Shown piece by piece: positions 10,178-19,937 of a DNA stretch of 64,000 nt. The first letter of the stretch is position 1; every line of letters begins with the position of its first letter. Location of the stretch: positions 62,001 to 126,000 of the forward strand of contig JAXLQJ010000006.1 of NCBI GenBank assembly GCA_046331705.1, in the 5' to 3' direction. Origin of the DNA: a bacterium. GTDB lineage: Bacteria > JADJOY01. Both the position numbers and the translations under genes were made by a program. Under the pieces are notes generated by a model. The model was not told the origin of the DNA. It ran no database searches and saw only the letters and a list, made by a program, of their open reading frames with translations.

Positions 10178-11296
10178 ATGTACCCGATCCTCATCGTCGG
10201 CGCAGGCAAGATCGGCGCCAGCATCGCCAAGCTCTTCGCCCATTCGGGGGACTACGACGTCTTGGTGGCGGACCGCGACGACGCCGTGCTCGAGCGCCTC
10301 GCCCGGCAGGCCCCGGTCAAGACGCAGTCGCTCAATGTCCGTTCCGCGGATCAGTTGAAGGACGCCCTCGCCGGCAAGCGCGCGGTGCTCTCGGCGACCG
10401 TCTACGACGTCAACCCCGCGATCGCGAAGGCGGCGCTCGACGCGGGCGCCAGCTACTTCGATCTCACCGAGGACGTCTCGACCACGCGCAAGATCAAGGC
10501 GCTGGCGAAGCAAGCGCGGGACGGGCAGATCTTCATGCCGCAGTGCGGGCTCGCGCCCGGTCTCATCGGCATCCTCGCCCACTCGCTCAGCAAGAAATTC
10601 GAGAAGCTCGACACCGTGAAGATGCGCGTGGGAGCGTTGCCGCAGTATCCCGCCAACCACATGAAGTACAACCTCACCTGGTCCACCGACGGGCTCATCA
10701 ACGAGTACTGCAACCCCTGCGAAGCGATCCACGCGGGGCGGAAGATGGAGGTGCTCGGGCTCGAGGGCCTCGAGCACTTCGCGCTCGACGGCGTGGAGTA
10801 CGAGGCGTTCAACACCTCGGGCGGTCTGGGCACGCTCTGCGACACCCTCGCGGGCAAGGTCGACGAGCTCAACTACAAGACGGTTCGCTATCCCGGCCAC
10901 CAGTACTTGATGCACTTCCTCATCCGCGGCCTCAAGATGGGAAGCAGCAAGGCGCGCCGCAAGCAATTGAAGGAGATCTTGGAGTCGGCGCTGCCGATCA
11001 CGCGACAGGACGTGGTGCTGGTCTTCTGCAGCGTGAGCGGCTGGCACGAGGGCCAGTACCTGCAGATCGTCGACGCGCGCAAGATCTACCATCAGGACGT
11101 GCTCGGTGAGCATTGGTCGTCGATCCAGCTCACCACCGCGGCGGGAGCGGCGGCGGTGGTGGATCTGCACCGCGAGGGACGCCTTCCGGGCAAGGGTTTC
11201 GTGAGCCAGGAGCGCGTCGACTTCGACGAGTTCCTGGCGAACCGTTTCGGTCAGTACTACGCCATCGATCGCCACGCCCAGAAAGTGCCGGTGTGA
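10178..11296 (+). CDS. Saccharopine dehydrogenase family protein (lysine 6-dehydrogenase-like)
   Basis: GAGKIG Rossmann motif, YFDLTED, CGLAPG, WSTDGLINEY, YKTVRYPGH. Confidence 0.88.
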   Translation: MYPILIVGAGKIGASIAKLFAHSGDYDVLVADRDDAVLERLARQAPVKTQSLNVRSADQLKDALAGKRAVLSATVYDVNPAIAKAALDAGASYFDLTEDVSTTRKIKALAKQARDGQIFMPQCGLAPGLIGILAHSLSKKFEKLDTVKMRVGALPQYPANHMKYNLTWSTDGLINEYCNPCEAIHAGRKMEVLGLEGLEHFALDGVEYEAFNTSGGLGTLCDTLAGKVDELNYKTVRYPGHQYLMHFLIRGLKMGSSKARRKQLKEILESALPITRQDVVLVFCSVSGWHEGQYLQIVDARKIYHQDVLGEHWSSIQLTTAAGAAAVVDLHREGRLPGKGFVSQERVDFDEFLANRFGQYYAIDRHAQKVPV

Positions 11297-11298
11297 GC

Positions 11299-12846
11299 AT
11301 GCTGCGCGACATCGCCGATCCGCTCGGTTTCGTGAGGTTCGAGGAGGAGGGACGGGTCGCGTCGGCGCTGATCGATGGCGAAGCGGCGTTCGCCGCGGGC
11401 GCGCCGCGCCCGATTCGCTCGCCGATCGACGGCTCGCGGCTCGCGCGCGTGGTGCCGGCGAAGCCGGATCTGGTGCGCAAGGCCGTGGCCGGCGCGCGCC
11501 GGGCCCAGGAGGCGTGGCGCGCGGTGCCGGCGCCGCGCCGCGGCGAGCTGGTGCGGCGGATCGCCGAGCGCGTGCGCGAGCGCAAGGTGGAGCTGGGCGC
11601 GCTCATCACCGCGGAGGTGGGAAAGATCCGCTCCGAGGCCGAGGGCGAGGTCCAGGAGTGGATCGACATGTGCGATTTCGCCGTGGGGCTCTCGCGCCAG
11701 CTCCACGGGCTCACCATCGCCAGCGAACGGCCGCAGCACCGCATGATGGAGCAATGGCATCCGTTGGGAGTGGTGGGGTGCATCACCGCGTTCAACTTCC
11801 CGATGGCGGTGTGGGCGTGGAACGCGATGCTCGCGTTCGTGTGCGGCGACTCGGTGGTGTGGAAACCTTCCGAGAAGACGCCGCTGGCGGGACTCGCCGC
11901 GGGCCAGCTCGTGCAGGACGTCATCGACGAGTTCTCGGATGCGCCCACCGGACTCTCGCAAGTCGTGATCGGGGACGCTCCGGCGGGGCGCGAGCTGGCT
12001 GCTTCGCCGTGGGTGCCGCTGGTCTCCGCCACCGGCTCGGTCGCCATGGGGCGCGCGGTGGGACAGGCGGTGGCGGCGCGGCTGGGGCGATCGCTGCTCG
12101 AGCTGGGTGGCAACAACGGCATGATCGTGGCGCCGAGCGCCGACCTGGAGCTGGCGATTCGGGCGATCGTCTTCGCTGCGGTGGGCACGGCTGGGCAGCG
12201 CTGCACGACGCTGCGGCGGCTGATCGTCCACGACTCGCTGGTGAAGCCGCTGGTGAAACGGCTCACCGCGGCGTTTCGCAGCCTGCCGATCGGCGATCCC
12301 CGCGATCCGGGCGTGCTGGTGGGTCCGCTCGTCGACCGCGCGGCGTTCGAGGCGATGGGTCGTGCGCTGCGCGAGGCGGCACAGCAAGGCGGCGAGCTCG
12401 TGCACGGCGGGACGCGCGTGACCGCGGGCGTGCCGAAGGGCGGCTACTACGTCACGCCGGCGATCGTGCGGATCGACGGCAATCCGCCCGTGGTTCAGCG
12501 CGAGACCTTCGCGCCGATCCTGTACGTGGCGACGTACCGCGAGCTCGACGAGGCCATCGCGCTTCTGAACGGAGTACCGCAAGGTCTCTCGTCGGCGATC
12601 TTCACCGGCAACCTCCGTGAGGCGGAGCGGTTCGTGAGCCCCGCCGGGTCCGATTGCGGCATCGCGAACGTGAACATCGGAACCTCTGGCGCCGAGATCG
12701 GTGGTGCCTTCGGAGGCGAGAAGGACACCGGCGGCGGCCGCGAATCGGGGTCCGACGCGTGGAAGGCGTACATGCGCCGCACCACCAACACCATCAACTA
12801 CGGCGACGCGCTGCCCCTGGCCCAGGGCATTCGCTTCGACGTGTGA
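11299..12846 (+). CDS. Aldehyde dehydrogenase, ALDH7 / piperideine-6-carboxylate (aminoadipate-semialdehyde) dehydrogenase type
   Basis: GEVQE, FNFP.AVW.WN, LELGGNN, GTAGQRCT, ETFAP, GAEIGGAFGGEK; starts 2 nt after the upstream stop. Confidence 0.93.
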   Translation: MLRDIADPLGFVRFEEEGRVASALIDGEAAFAAGAPRPIRSPIDGSRLARVVPAKPDLVRKAVAGARRAQEAWRAVPAPRRGELVRRIAERVRERKVELGALITAEVGKIRSEAEGEVQEWIDMCDFAVGLSRQLHGLTIASERPQHRMMEQWHPLGVVGCITAFNFPMAVWAWNAMLAFVCGDSVVWKPSEKTPLAGLAAGQLVQDVIDEFSDAPTGLSQVVIGDAPAGRELAASPWVPLVSATGSVAMGRAVGQAVAARLGRSLLELGGNNGMIVAPSADLELAIRAIVFAAVGTAGQRCTTLRRLIVHDSLVKPLVKRLTAAFRSLPIGDPRDPGVLVGPLVDRAAFEAMGRALREAAQQGGELVHGGTRVTAGVPKGGYYVTPAIVRIDGNPPVVQRETFAPILYVATYRELDEAIALLNGVPQGLSSAIFTGNLREAERFVSPAGSDCGIANVNIGTSGAEIGGAFGGEKDTGGGRESGSDAWKAYMRRTTNTINYGDALPLAQGIRFDV

Positions 12847-12857
12847 GCACGCGACCC

Positions 12858-14909
12858 ATGCACCCAACGGACTTCGGGGCTGCGCTCCGTCTCGGCCGCG
12901 TTGCGATCGCTCTGGCGCTGGCAACGATCGTGTTCCCGCTCGCCGGTTGCGACGGCGGCAACGACGACGGCTCGTTTCGCGACGATCCCACACCCTTCGT
13001 GAGCCAGCTCGACGAGCGCTACGCGGCCTTCCTGGACCAGTGCGCGCGCGACGCCGCGAGCCCGGGCAGCAGCATCCATGCGCAGATCTGCGCCCTCGAG
13101 AAGGGCTCCGGCTCGCTCGACGCGGTCTCGCTCGAGGCCACCTTGGCCAAGATGGACGCGCGCCAGGACACCGCGGATTTCGGGCTCGCCGCGCTGGTTC
13201 GCATGCTCGCCAAGTACCGTTCGAGCCCCGGGATCTCGGCGGAACAGCTCGCCCGCATCGAGCCCACGATCCGCAACTTCAAGTACTGGATCGACGAGCC
13301 GGGCGTCGACGCGATGGTCTACTGGTCCGAGAACCACTACGTGCTCTTCAACTCCGCGGCGTTCGTGCTCGGCCGGCTCTACCCGGACGTGGTCTTCACG
13401 AACTCGGGCCTCACGGGCACCGAGCTTCGGGCCAAGGCTCGCGTGAACCTCGACAAATGGCTCACGTGGCGGCTGCGCTGGGGCTTCAGCGAGTTCCACT
13501 CGGACGTCTACTACAACGAAGACGTGGCACCGCTGCTCAACCTGGCCGACTTCGGCGACGACGAGTCCATCCAGGTGCGCGCGCGCATGGCGGTGGATCT
13601 CTTTCTCTACGACATGGCGCTCAACAACCACGAAGGCTTCTTCGGCGTGGCGCACGGGCGGAGCTACGTGAAGGACAAGACGCGCCGCGACGACGAGGAC
13701 ACGCCGGGGATGATCTGGCTGATGAGCGGCAAGGGCTCGCCCGTGGGAGAGTCCGGCAGCATGTCGGCGGTGGCGATGGTCACCTCGGACACGTATCGGG
13801 TGCCGGCGGTGATCGAGTCCGTGGGCGGCGCGCGTCCGCGCGGGCTCGAATCGCGCGAGCGGCTCTCGATCCGCGTCGCCGACGGGCCATCGCTCGGTAT
13901 CAGCCACGACGACTTCGCCGACGGCGTGCTGTGGTGGACGATGGGTGCTTACGTGATGCCCGAGACCATCAACACCACGCTGCTCATGGCGAGTGCCTGG
14001 AATCTCTTCGACGATCCCGCGAGCTTCTTCTACTACTTCGCGTTCGCCGAGCCGTTCGCCGGCACCGCGCTGCCACCTCAGCTCAGTCGCGATGCGTATC
14101 CGCTCACCAGCGGCTACGCGCTCGAAGAGGTGAACACCTACACCTACCGCACGCCCGAGGTGATGCTGGCGTCGGCCCAGGCGTGGAAGCCCGCGACACT
14201 CGGCGCGCAGACCCACGCATGGCAGGCGACCCTCGGTGACACCGCCGCGGTGTTCACGACTTATCCCGGCGATCTGCTGGAGAACGAGTTCGCCGGCCAT
14301 TGGACCGGGGGTTGGCATCCGCGCATCGCCCAGAGCCGCACCGCGGCGATCATCCTCTACGACCAGCCCACCTACGAGAACGCGCTGGTGCAGCTCGTCT
14401 CGAACGCGCTTTTCCCCGAGTACACCCACGCGTTCTTCCCGCGCGGAGAGTTCGACGAGGTCCGCGAGATAGGCAAATGGGTGCTGGCGCGCAAGGGCGA
14501 CGGCTACGTGGCGCTCTTCTCGAACAACCCCGCGAGCTGGGTCGACGGCGACGAGTGGATCGACCAAGAGCTGCGCGCCGATGGCGTGCGGAACGCATGG
14601 ATCTGCGAGGTCGGGGACTCCACCCAGTACGAGAGCTTCGACGAGTTCGTCGCGCAGGTGACCTCTGCGCTGGTCGTCGTCGCCGGTGACCTCTCGGTGA
14701 AATACGACTCGCCAGGGCAGGGCTTGATGGATTTCTCGTGGACGGGTCCGTTGCTCGTGGACGGCGAGGAGGTCTCGATCGGCCCGTATCCGCGCTACGA
14801 GAGCCCGTACGCGGTGAAGGAATACGACGGCGCCGATCCCTACGTGATCCGCCGCGGCGGTCGCTCGCTCATGCTGGACCCAGCGACGCTCACACGCGCC
14901 GAAGGTTGA
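12858..14909 (+). CDS. Uncharacterised lipoprotein (WSENH family; possible heparinase II/III-like fold), paralog A
   Basis: Lipobox LAGC; FKYWIDEPG..WSENH, GFSEFHSDVYYNED, HGRSY. Colinear with 53856..55868. Confidence 0.8.
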   Translation: MHPTDFGAALRLGRVAIALALATIVFPLAGCDGGNDDGSFRDDPTPFVSQLDERYAAFLDQCARDAASPGSSIHAQICALEKGSGSLDAVSLEATLAKMDARQDTADFGLAALVRMLAKYRSSPGISAEQLARIEPTIRNFKYWIDEPGVDAMVYWSENHYVLFNSAAFVLGRLYPDVVFTNSGLTGTELRAKARVNLDKWLTWRLRWGFSEFHSDVYYNEDVAPLLNLADFGDDESIQVRARMAVDLFLYDMALNNHEGFFGVAHGRSYVKDKTRRDDEDTPGMIWLMSGKGSPVGESGSMSAVAMVTSDTYRVPAVIESVGGARPRGLESRERLSIRVADGPSLGISHDDFADGVLWWTMGAYVMPETINTTLLMASAWNLFDDPASFFYYFAFAEPFAGTALPPQLSRDAYPLTSGYALEEVNTYTYRTPEVMLASAQAWKPATLGAQTHAWQATLGDTAAVFTTYPGDLLENEFAGHWTGGWHPRIAQSRTAAIILYDQPTYENALVQLVSNALFPEYTHAFFPRGEFDEVREIGKWVLARKGDGYVALFSNNPASWVDGDEWIDQELRADGVRNAWICEVGDSTQYESFDEFVAQVTSALVVVAGDLSVKYDSPGQGLMDFSWTGPLLVDGEEVSIGPYPRYESPYAVKEYDGADPYVIRRGGRSLMLDPATLTRAEG

Positions 14910-14916
14910 GCCACGC

Positions 14917-16611
14917 GTGGTCGAGTGGCAGTCGCCGGTTCGCCTCGCGCCGATCGCGCTGCTCGCGGCGATCTTGCTGAATCTGTGGCTCGATCGACGC
15001 CGTCGTCGTTCGGCGGCGGCCAAGGCTGCGAGCTCCGCGGCGCCGCGAATCCACTCGGACCTGGACGTCGACCAAGCCGAAGGCCTCGCGCTCACGATCC
15101 GTGGCGTTCACGAGAACGTCGAGCCCATCGACGTGGCGCCGTGGTTTCGTCCCGGCGGCGACTGGTTGTTTCTCGACTGCCACGTCGCGGACGACGAGTC
15201 GGCTGCGATGTCGATCGGCATCGGGCCCGGGCCGGCTCTTCCGGGAGCACCCTTCGCGTTTGGACGAGCGGTCCTCGCGCCGGTGAGCCGGGAAGCCGGT
15301 CGCGCGGTCGTGGCGAAGTGGGCGCCCGCGTTCCAGACCGCGGCGCCCGCCGAGCATGAGGCGCGTAGCTTGCGGCCGCTGACGTTCGACATCGCCTTTC
15401 TGGGCAATCCCGCGCAACCCGGCACGGGCAAGACCAAGTGGTTCTTGACCTCCGACGCGACCGGCGAGGCCGAGGTCTACTTTCATTTCGACACGGCCAA
15501 GCGGCGCGCCGTCTTCTCTCCGAAGGACGCTGCGTACGCCGAAGACCTGCTCGCGATCGTGGCCGCCACGCTGCGCGACGGTCCCCCTCCCGAGCGCACT
15601 CCGGCAAACGATCCACGTCTCACCGACGTCGGGCCGCGATTCGTCGAGTGGCGGGAGCTCGCGATCGAGCGCGCCACCGTCGTCGCGCTCGCTGGCGATG
15701 GATCCGGGGTCTTTGCCGGCGTGCGTACCGGCGAGTCGAGCGTGCTGCATTGGTTTCCGTTGGTGGGTGACGCCAGTGCCAGCGACTTGCTGACCGTGGA
15801 CGGCACCATCGCCGACGTCGTACCGGCCGCGGATGGCCGCAGCGCGCTGGTGAGGTCCGTTACCCCCGGCGAGATCGCGCGCCTGATTCCCGGAGCCGTC
15901 GGCAGTGACGATCCCGCGCGAGTCTGGTTCGTCGATGCCACAGGCGCCGCACGGGCACTCGAGGGGCCGTGGGATCGCACGGCACTGTCGATCGGTGAAG
16001 CGGCGCTTTCTCCGGACGGCCGACTTGCCGTCGTGCAGCGCTCGACGGGCAGTCGCAAGACCGGCGACCGGCAGCGTCTGATGCACTTCGTAGACACCGA
16101 AAGCGGCGCGCTGACCACGCTCGAAGGCGCCGAGCGCTTCATGCACGTGGGTTGGTGGGGCAGCGGCGGGGGGCTGCGCGCGCGCCTCGCAACCGGCTGG
16201 AACTGGCTCGGCGGCAGCGAGGCGCTCTACGACTGTGATCCCACCACGGGAGCGCTCGAACGTGTCGCGGATGTGGCGTATGCGCCGTCGCCGAACGGAC
16301 GGAGAGCGATTCGTTCGGCGTCGCGTGGGTGCTTCGAGATCGTGGACCTCGCGAGCGGGGACGTTCGTCGCTTCGACGCTCATCCGGATGACGCGCGCTT
16401 CGTCGCCACCGGCAACCTTGCGTGGGTGAGCGACCGCTACCTCGCGTTCGCGACTCCGCGCTTCGCGTTCCTGGACGCCGACGAGCTGCGGATGTCGTAT
16501 CCCGAGCCGCGCGGCGCCATCGAGGGCCCGCCGCGCTTCGATTCCCGCTTCGGCGTGGTGCTCGCGAAGCGCGCCGGCCGTTGGCACGCCGGTCGCGTCA
16601 CGGTGCCGTGA
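14917..16611 (+). CDS. Hypothetical membrane-anchored protein with C-terminal TolB-like beta-propeller repeats
   Basis: N-terminal TM followed by an Arg cluster; ADGRSALV, LSPDGRLAV, PSPNGRRAI repeats. Confidence 0.65.
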   Translation: MVEWQSPVRLAPIALLAAILLNLWLDRRRRRSAAAKAASSAAPRIHSDLDVDQAEGLALTIRGVHENVEPIDVAPWFRPGGDWLFLDCHVADDESAAMSIGIGPGPALPGAPFAFGRAVLAPVSREAGRAVVAKWAPAFQTAAPAEHEARSLRPLTFDIAFLGNPAQPGTGKTKWFLTSDATGEAEVYFHFDTAKRRAVFSPKDAAYAEDLLAIVAATLRDGPPPERTPANDPRLTDVGPRFVEWRELAIERATVVALAGDGSGVFAGVRTGESSVLHWFPLVGDASASDLLTVDGTIADVVPAADGRSALVRSVTPGEIARLIPGAVGSDDPARVWFVDATGAARALEGPWDRTALSIGEAALSPDGRLAVVQRSTGSRKTGDRQRLMHFVDTESGALTTLEGAERFMHVGWWGSGGGLRARLATGWNWLGGSEALYDCDPTTGALERVADVAYAPSPNGRRAIRSASRGCFEIVDLASGDVRRFDAHPDDARFVATGNLAWVSDRYLAFATPRFAFLDADELRMSYPEPRGAIEGPPRFDSRFGVVLAKRAGRWHAGRVTVP

Positions 16612-16633
16612 GCGTGACGCGAGCGGCGCGCGT

Positions 16634-17764
16634 TCAGAACCGCGCCAGGCTGCACATGCCGGCGATCAAGAGCCCGAAGAGCAACAGGTAGCCGCCGAGC
16701 ACACGCCACGCCGTGGTCTCGTGGGCGCGTGCCTGCGCCAGGATCGAGATCACCAGCGCCCACAGGCTGCCGAGGCTCTGGCCCACTCCCGGCACGAGCT
16801 GGAGTGGCGCGGCGGACCCCGACGAATAGCAGAGCGCCCGGAACGTGGTCTCGAGCGAGTGGGCGGCGCCGACGAGCAACAATCCGCCGTGGATCACCAG
16901 GGTCCCGAAGAACAGGCTGAACAACGCCGATCCGAAGAGCAGGAGCGGCACGCCGATCATGAGGCCGACGGGGCCGAGCGCGAACTCCACGACGCGCGCG
17001 AGCGCCGTCGCGGGAGCGCTTCGCGGCAGGGTGCCGCCGCTGGTGGGAGACGCCGCATCGCGCGCCTGCGAGAGCCGGCGCTCGAGCTCCTCGGGCGAGA
17101 TCTCGCCGCGCTGCGATTGCGCCATCGCGTCGGCGAAGGCCTGGAGCTGCGCTTCGTTCATCGGGTCGGGCGAAACCTGACTCGACTGCTGACCCCAGGT
17201 GTGGGCCATCTGTCGGATCTCGCTGCCCGCGAGCCAGAACATCAGGATGTAGACGGGCAGGAACACCAGGTGCACGACCAGCACGTACATGAGCGGACGC
17301 ACCACGCCGCCCTCGCGGCGCATGTTCGAGAAGGTCACGTTGGGCGCGAGCAACGCCGAGCGCATGGTCGCGAAGAGCGCGCGCAGGTCGAAGTAGCCGT
17401 TCGCGGATTCCCATTCCGGCCCGCTACGCTCCGACGATTCCACCGTGCTTCCCGGCAGCTCGAAGCTCTCTTCGGGAAGGCGCGTGCCGCAGCTGCGGCA
17501 GAACGTGGCGTCGAAGACGTTGAGCGCGAAGCAGCTCGGGCAGCGCGGCGGTGAGCTACGGCGGCGCCCCGCGGGGCCGCTGCGTGGGGGCGAGGGTGGA
17601 AACGGCTCGGCGCCGGGCTCCACCGCAGGTGGCGGTGGCGCGGCCCCGGTTGCCGTGGGGGACGGGGCCGGCTCGGATGGCGGGGGAGTGGGTAGCACTC
17701 GCCCGCACATGCGACACATGCGATCCGCACGGGCGTTGAGGGTTCCGCAGTCGGGGCACTGCAT
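16634..17764 (-). CDS. Double zinc-ribbon + YIP1 family membrane protein
   Basis: CPDCG..CRMCG and CPSC..FCRSCG ribbons, Pro-rich linker, YIP1-like TMs (TFRALCYS). Confidence 0.8.
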   Translation of the reverse strand: MQCPDCGTLNARADRMCRMCGRVLPTPPPSEPAPSPTATGAAPPPPAVEPGAEPFPPSPPRSGPAGRRRSSPPRCPSCFALNVFDATFCRSCGTRLPEESFELPGSTVESSERSGPEWESANGYFDLRALFATMRSALLAPNVTFSNMRREGGVVRPLMYVLVVHLVFLPVYILMFWLAGSEIRQMAHTWGQQSSQVSPDPMNEAQLQAFADAMAQSQRGEISPEELERRLSQARDAASPTSGGTLPRSAPATALARVVEFALGPVGLMIGVPLLLFGSALFSLFFGTLVIHGGLLLVGAAHSLETTFRALCYSSGSAAPLQLVPGVGQSLGSLWALVISILAQARAHETTAWRVLGGYLLLFGLLIAGMCSLARF

Positions 17765-17812
17765 GGGGATGCCCTCCTCTCGACCGTGCGCCCACCCGTG
17801 GCGGGGCGGGAT

Positions 17813-19465
17813 TCAGTTCAACATGCCCGAGGTGTTGGCGGGCGAGCCGCCTTCGCTTGGATCTACCTCCGGCGTCGTCGATGGAGAAGGCGGTTCGAGC
17901 GTCTCGAGGCTGAGCGCGGCTTCGCGCTGGACCTCGGGGTCAGGGTCGTTGCACGCGTTCGCGAGCGCCTCCAGCACCTCGGGCGAGCGGACGCCGAGCT
18001 GTCGCAGCACCCGCGCGGCGCGCATGCGGAGCACGGGTGCGCCGCCCACCAGCGCGCCGAGCAGCTCGGGGGCGACGGCGGCGCTCATCGCCGAGAGCGA
18101 TTCCTCGAGGGTGCTCGCCACCTCGGCGTCCGGATCGCCGAGTGCCTCGATCAACGCCGCCGCGCTCGGCTCGGCTTCGCTCCCCATGCGCAGCAACACC
18201 ACCGCGGCGTGGCGGCGCGTTTGCGACTGGCCCGCCTTGAGCAGCGCGATCACGCTGGGCGCGGCACGGGCGCCGATCCGCGCCAGCGCGTGCGAGGCGT
18301 AGATGCGCGTCTCTTCGCGTTCGTCCTCGGACGCCATGCGATCACAGAGCGCGGTCACGGCGGCGCTCGCGGCGGGCCCGATCTGCTCGAGCGCCGCGAC
18401 GGCCCAGTAGCGCAGCTCCGCATCCGCGTCCTCGAGCACCTGCACCAGGCTCGGTACGGCACGCGCGCCCAGCTCGGCGAGGCCTTGGATCCCCGTGAAG
18501 CGCCGCTCCTCGTCGCTGTCGCGAAGCCGCGCGAGGTTCTTGTCGAGGGCGCGACGGATCTCGGCGAGGCCGAGGCTCTCGGCGGCGGCGTTGGGCTCGC
18601 TGCGCGCGCCTCGCGCGCGCTTCTCGCGAGCCTGTCTGCGCACGCGCGTGGCGACGAGCGCGAGCCCGAGCACCGCGCCCGCGCCGATCGACGTGGCCGC
18701 CGCCCAGCCGGTGGGGACGGGTAGCACCAGCCAGGTCGCCGTGGACGGCGGCGGAGCCGCCGGCGCCGCGACGGCCGCCGGTGGCGCTGGCGCGGGAGGT
18801 GCGGGCGGCTCGCCGACGACCTCGAGCGCAGCGCGCGCCGCTTGCTGCACGCTGGCGTTGGGATCGGCGAGCGCCTGGCGCAGCCGCTCGCGTGCCGCCG
18901 TGGCGTGGGGACCGATCGCGGCGAGCGTCAGCGCCGCGCCCTCGCGTCGCACCACCACCGGCGAGTCGAGCGCCGCGACGAGCTGCGGCACGGCCGCCTC
19001 GTTGCGACGGGCGATCTGCTCGATGACCGCGCGCCGCACGGTGGCGTCGGTATCGCCGAGCGCGTCGATGAGCCCCTCCGCCACGGACCACCACGGCGGA
19101 TCGAGGATGCCGATGGTTTGCGCCGCGGCGTAGCGCACGCGCGCATCCACGTCGTGAAGCGTGGCGATGAGCGCCGAGATCGCGATGCGGCGAGCGTCGT
19201 CGCCGTAGGCCGCGAGCGCCTCCGCGGCGATCTGGCGAACTCGCGGGTTCCAGTGATCGAGCTGCTTGAGCCGCTCGCCGATGGAGATGGTGGGGCGCTT
19301 CGTCGGCGACGGGGGCGACGCCGGCGCCGAGGGCGCGCTCAACGTGCCGCCGCGCCTCGGCTCGGCGGCCTGGGCTTTTCCGAGCGCCACTCCCCACACG
19401 AGTGCCGCGGCTGCGCCCGCGATCAGCGCCGCGCGCACGCCGAATCGTGCTCTCGTCGATCCCAT
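17813..19465 (-). CDS. HEAT-repeat protein with signal peptide and one internal TM helix
   Basis: Repeated L.D.D..VR..AA.AL..IG units on both sides of a Pro/Ala linker and TM segment. Confidence 0.82.
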   Translation of the reverse strand: MGSTRARFGVRAALIAGAAAALVWGVALGKAQAAEPRRGGTLSAPSAPASPPSPTKRPTISIGERLKQLDHWNPRVRQIAAEALAAYGDDARRIAISALIATLHDVDARVRYAAAQTIGILDPPWWSVAEGLIDALGDTDATVRRAVIEQIARRNEAAVPQLVAALDSPVVVRREGAALTLAAIGPHATAARERLRQALADPNASVQQAARAALEVVGEPPAPPAPAPPAAVAAPAAPPPSTATWLVLPVPTGWAAATSIGAGAVLGLALVATRVRRQAREKRARGARSEPNAAAESLGLAEIRRALDKNLARLRDSDEERRFTGIQGLAELGARAVPSLVQVLEDADAELRYWAVAALEQIGPAASAAVTALCDRMASEDEREETRIYASHALARIGARAAPSVIALLKAGQSQTRRHAAVVLLRMGSEAEPSAAALIEALGDPDAEVASTLEESLSAMSAAVAPELLGALVGGAPVLRMRAARVLRQLGVRSPEVLEALANACNDPDPEVQREAALSLETLEPPSPSTTPEVDPSEGGSPANTSGMLN

Positions 19466-19937
19466 CCGCCCAACCCTCGCTTCGCGCGCGAAGCCGCGGG
19501 GGGAGCACGCGCGCGCGATCATCATGCACGTGCCTCGGGCGCCGGTCCAGCAGCGGGCGCCGGCACGCGTTTCGCGAGCTTTCTCGTCGATGCGTCGTGG
19601 ATGCGGCCAGTGACCACCGTCACGAGCTCGCCGAATCTCGCTCCCGTGGTGCGCAGCGCGCGGTGCGTGCGTTGCTACCGGGGACGCCACCCGTGGTTAC
19701 CGGCTGGGACCCTGGGCGCTACCGGCCGCGACCGGTCGCCGCACGGCGACGATGCTCCGCCGGGGCGAGCCGCCGGCCACGGCGCCCGCAATCACGGTGA
19801 TCGTACGACTCTTGGCCCGGCCTCCCCCGCGGCGCAAGCCAACGAAAGGAATCCGCGCGTCCGGCTCGCATCTTGCCGCTCTCTTGCTCGAGAACGTCTC
19901 CCTTCCGCGGAGCGCGCGGCGCTCGATCGGGGGAGCC

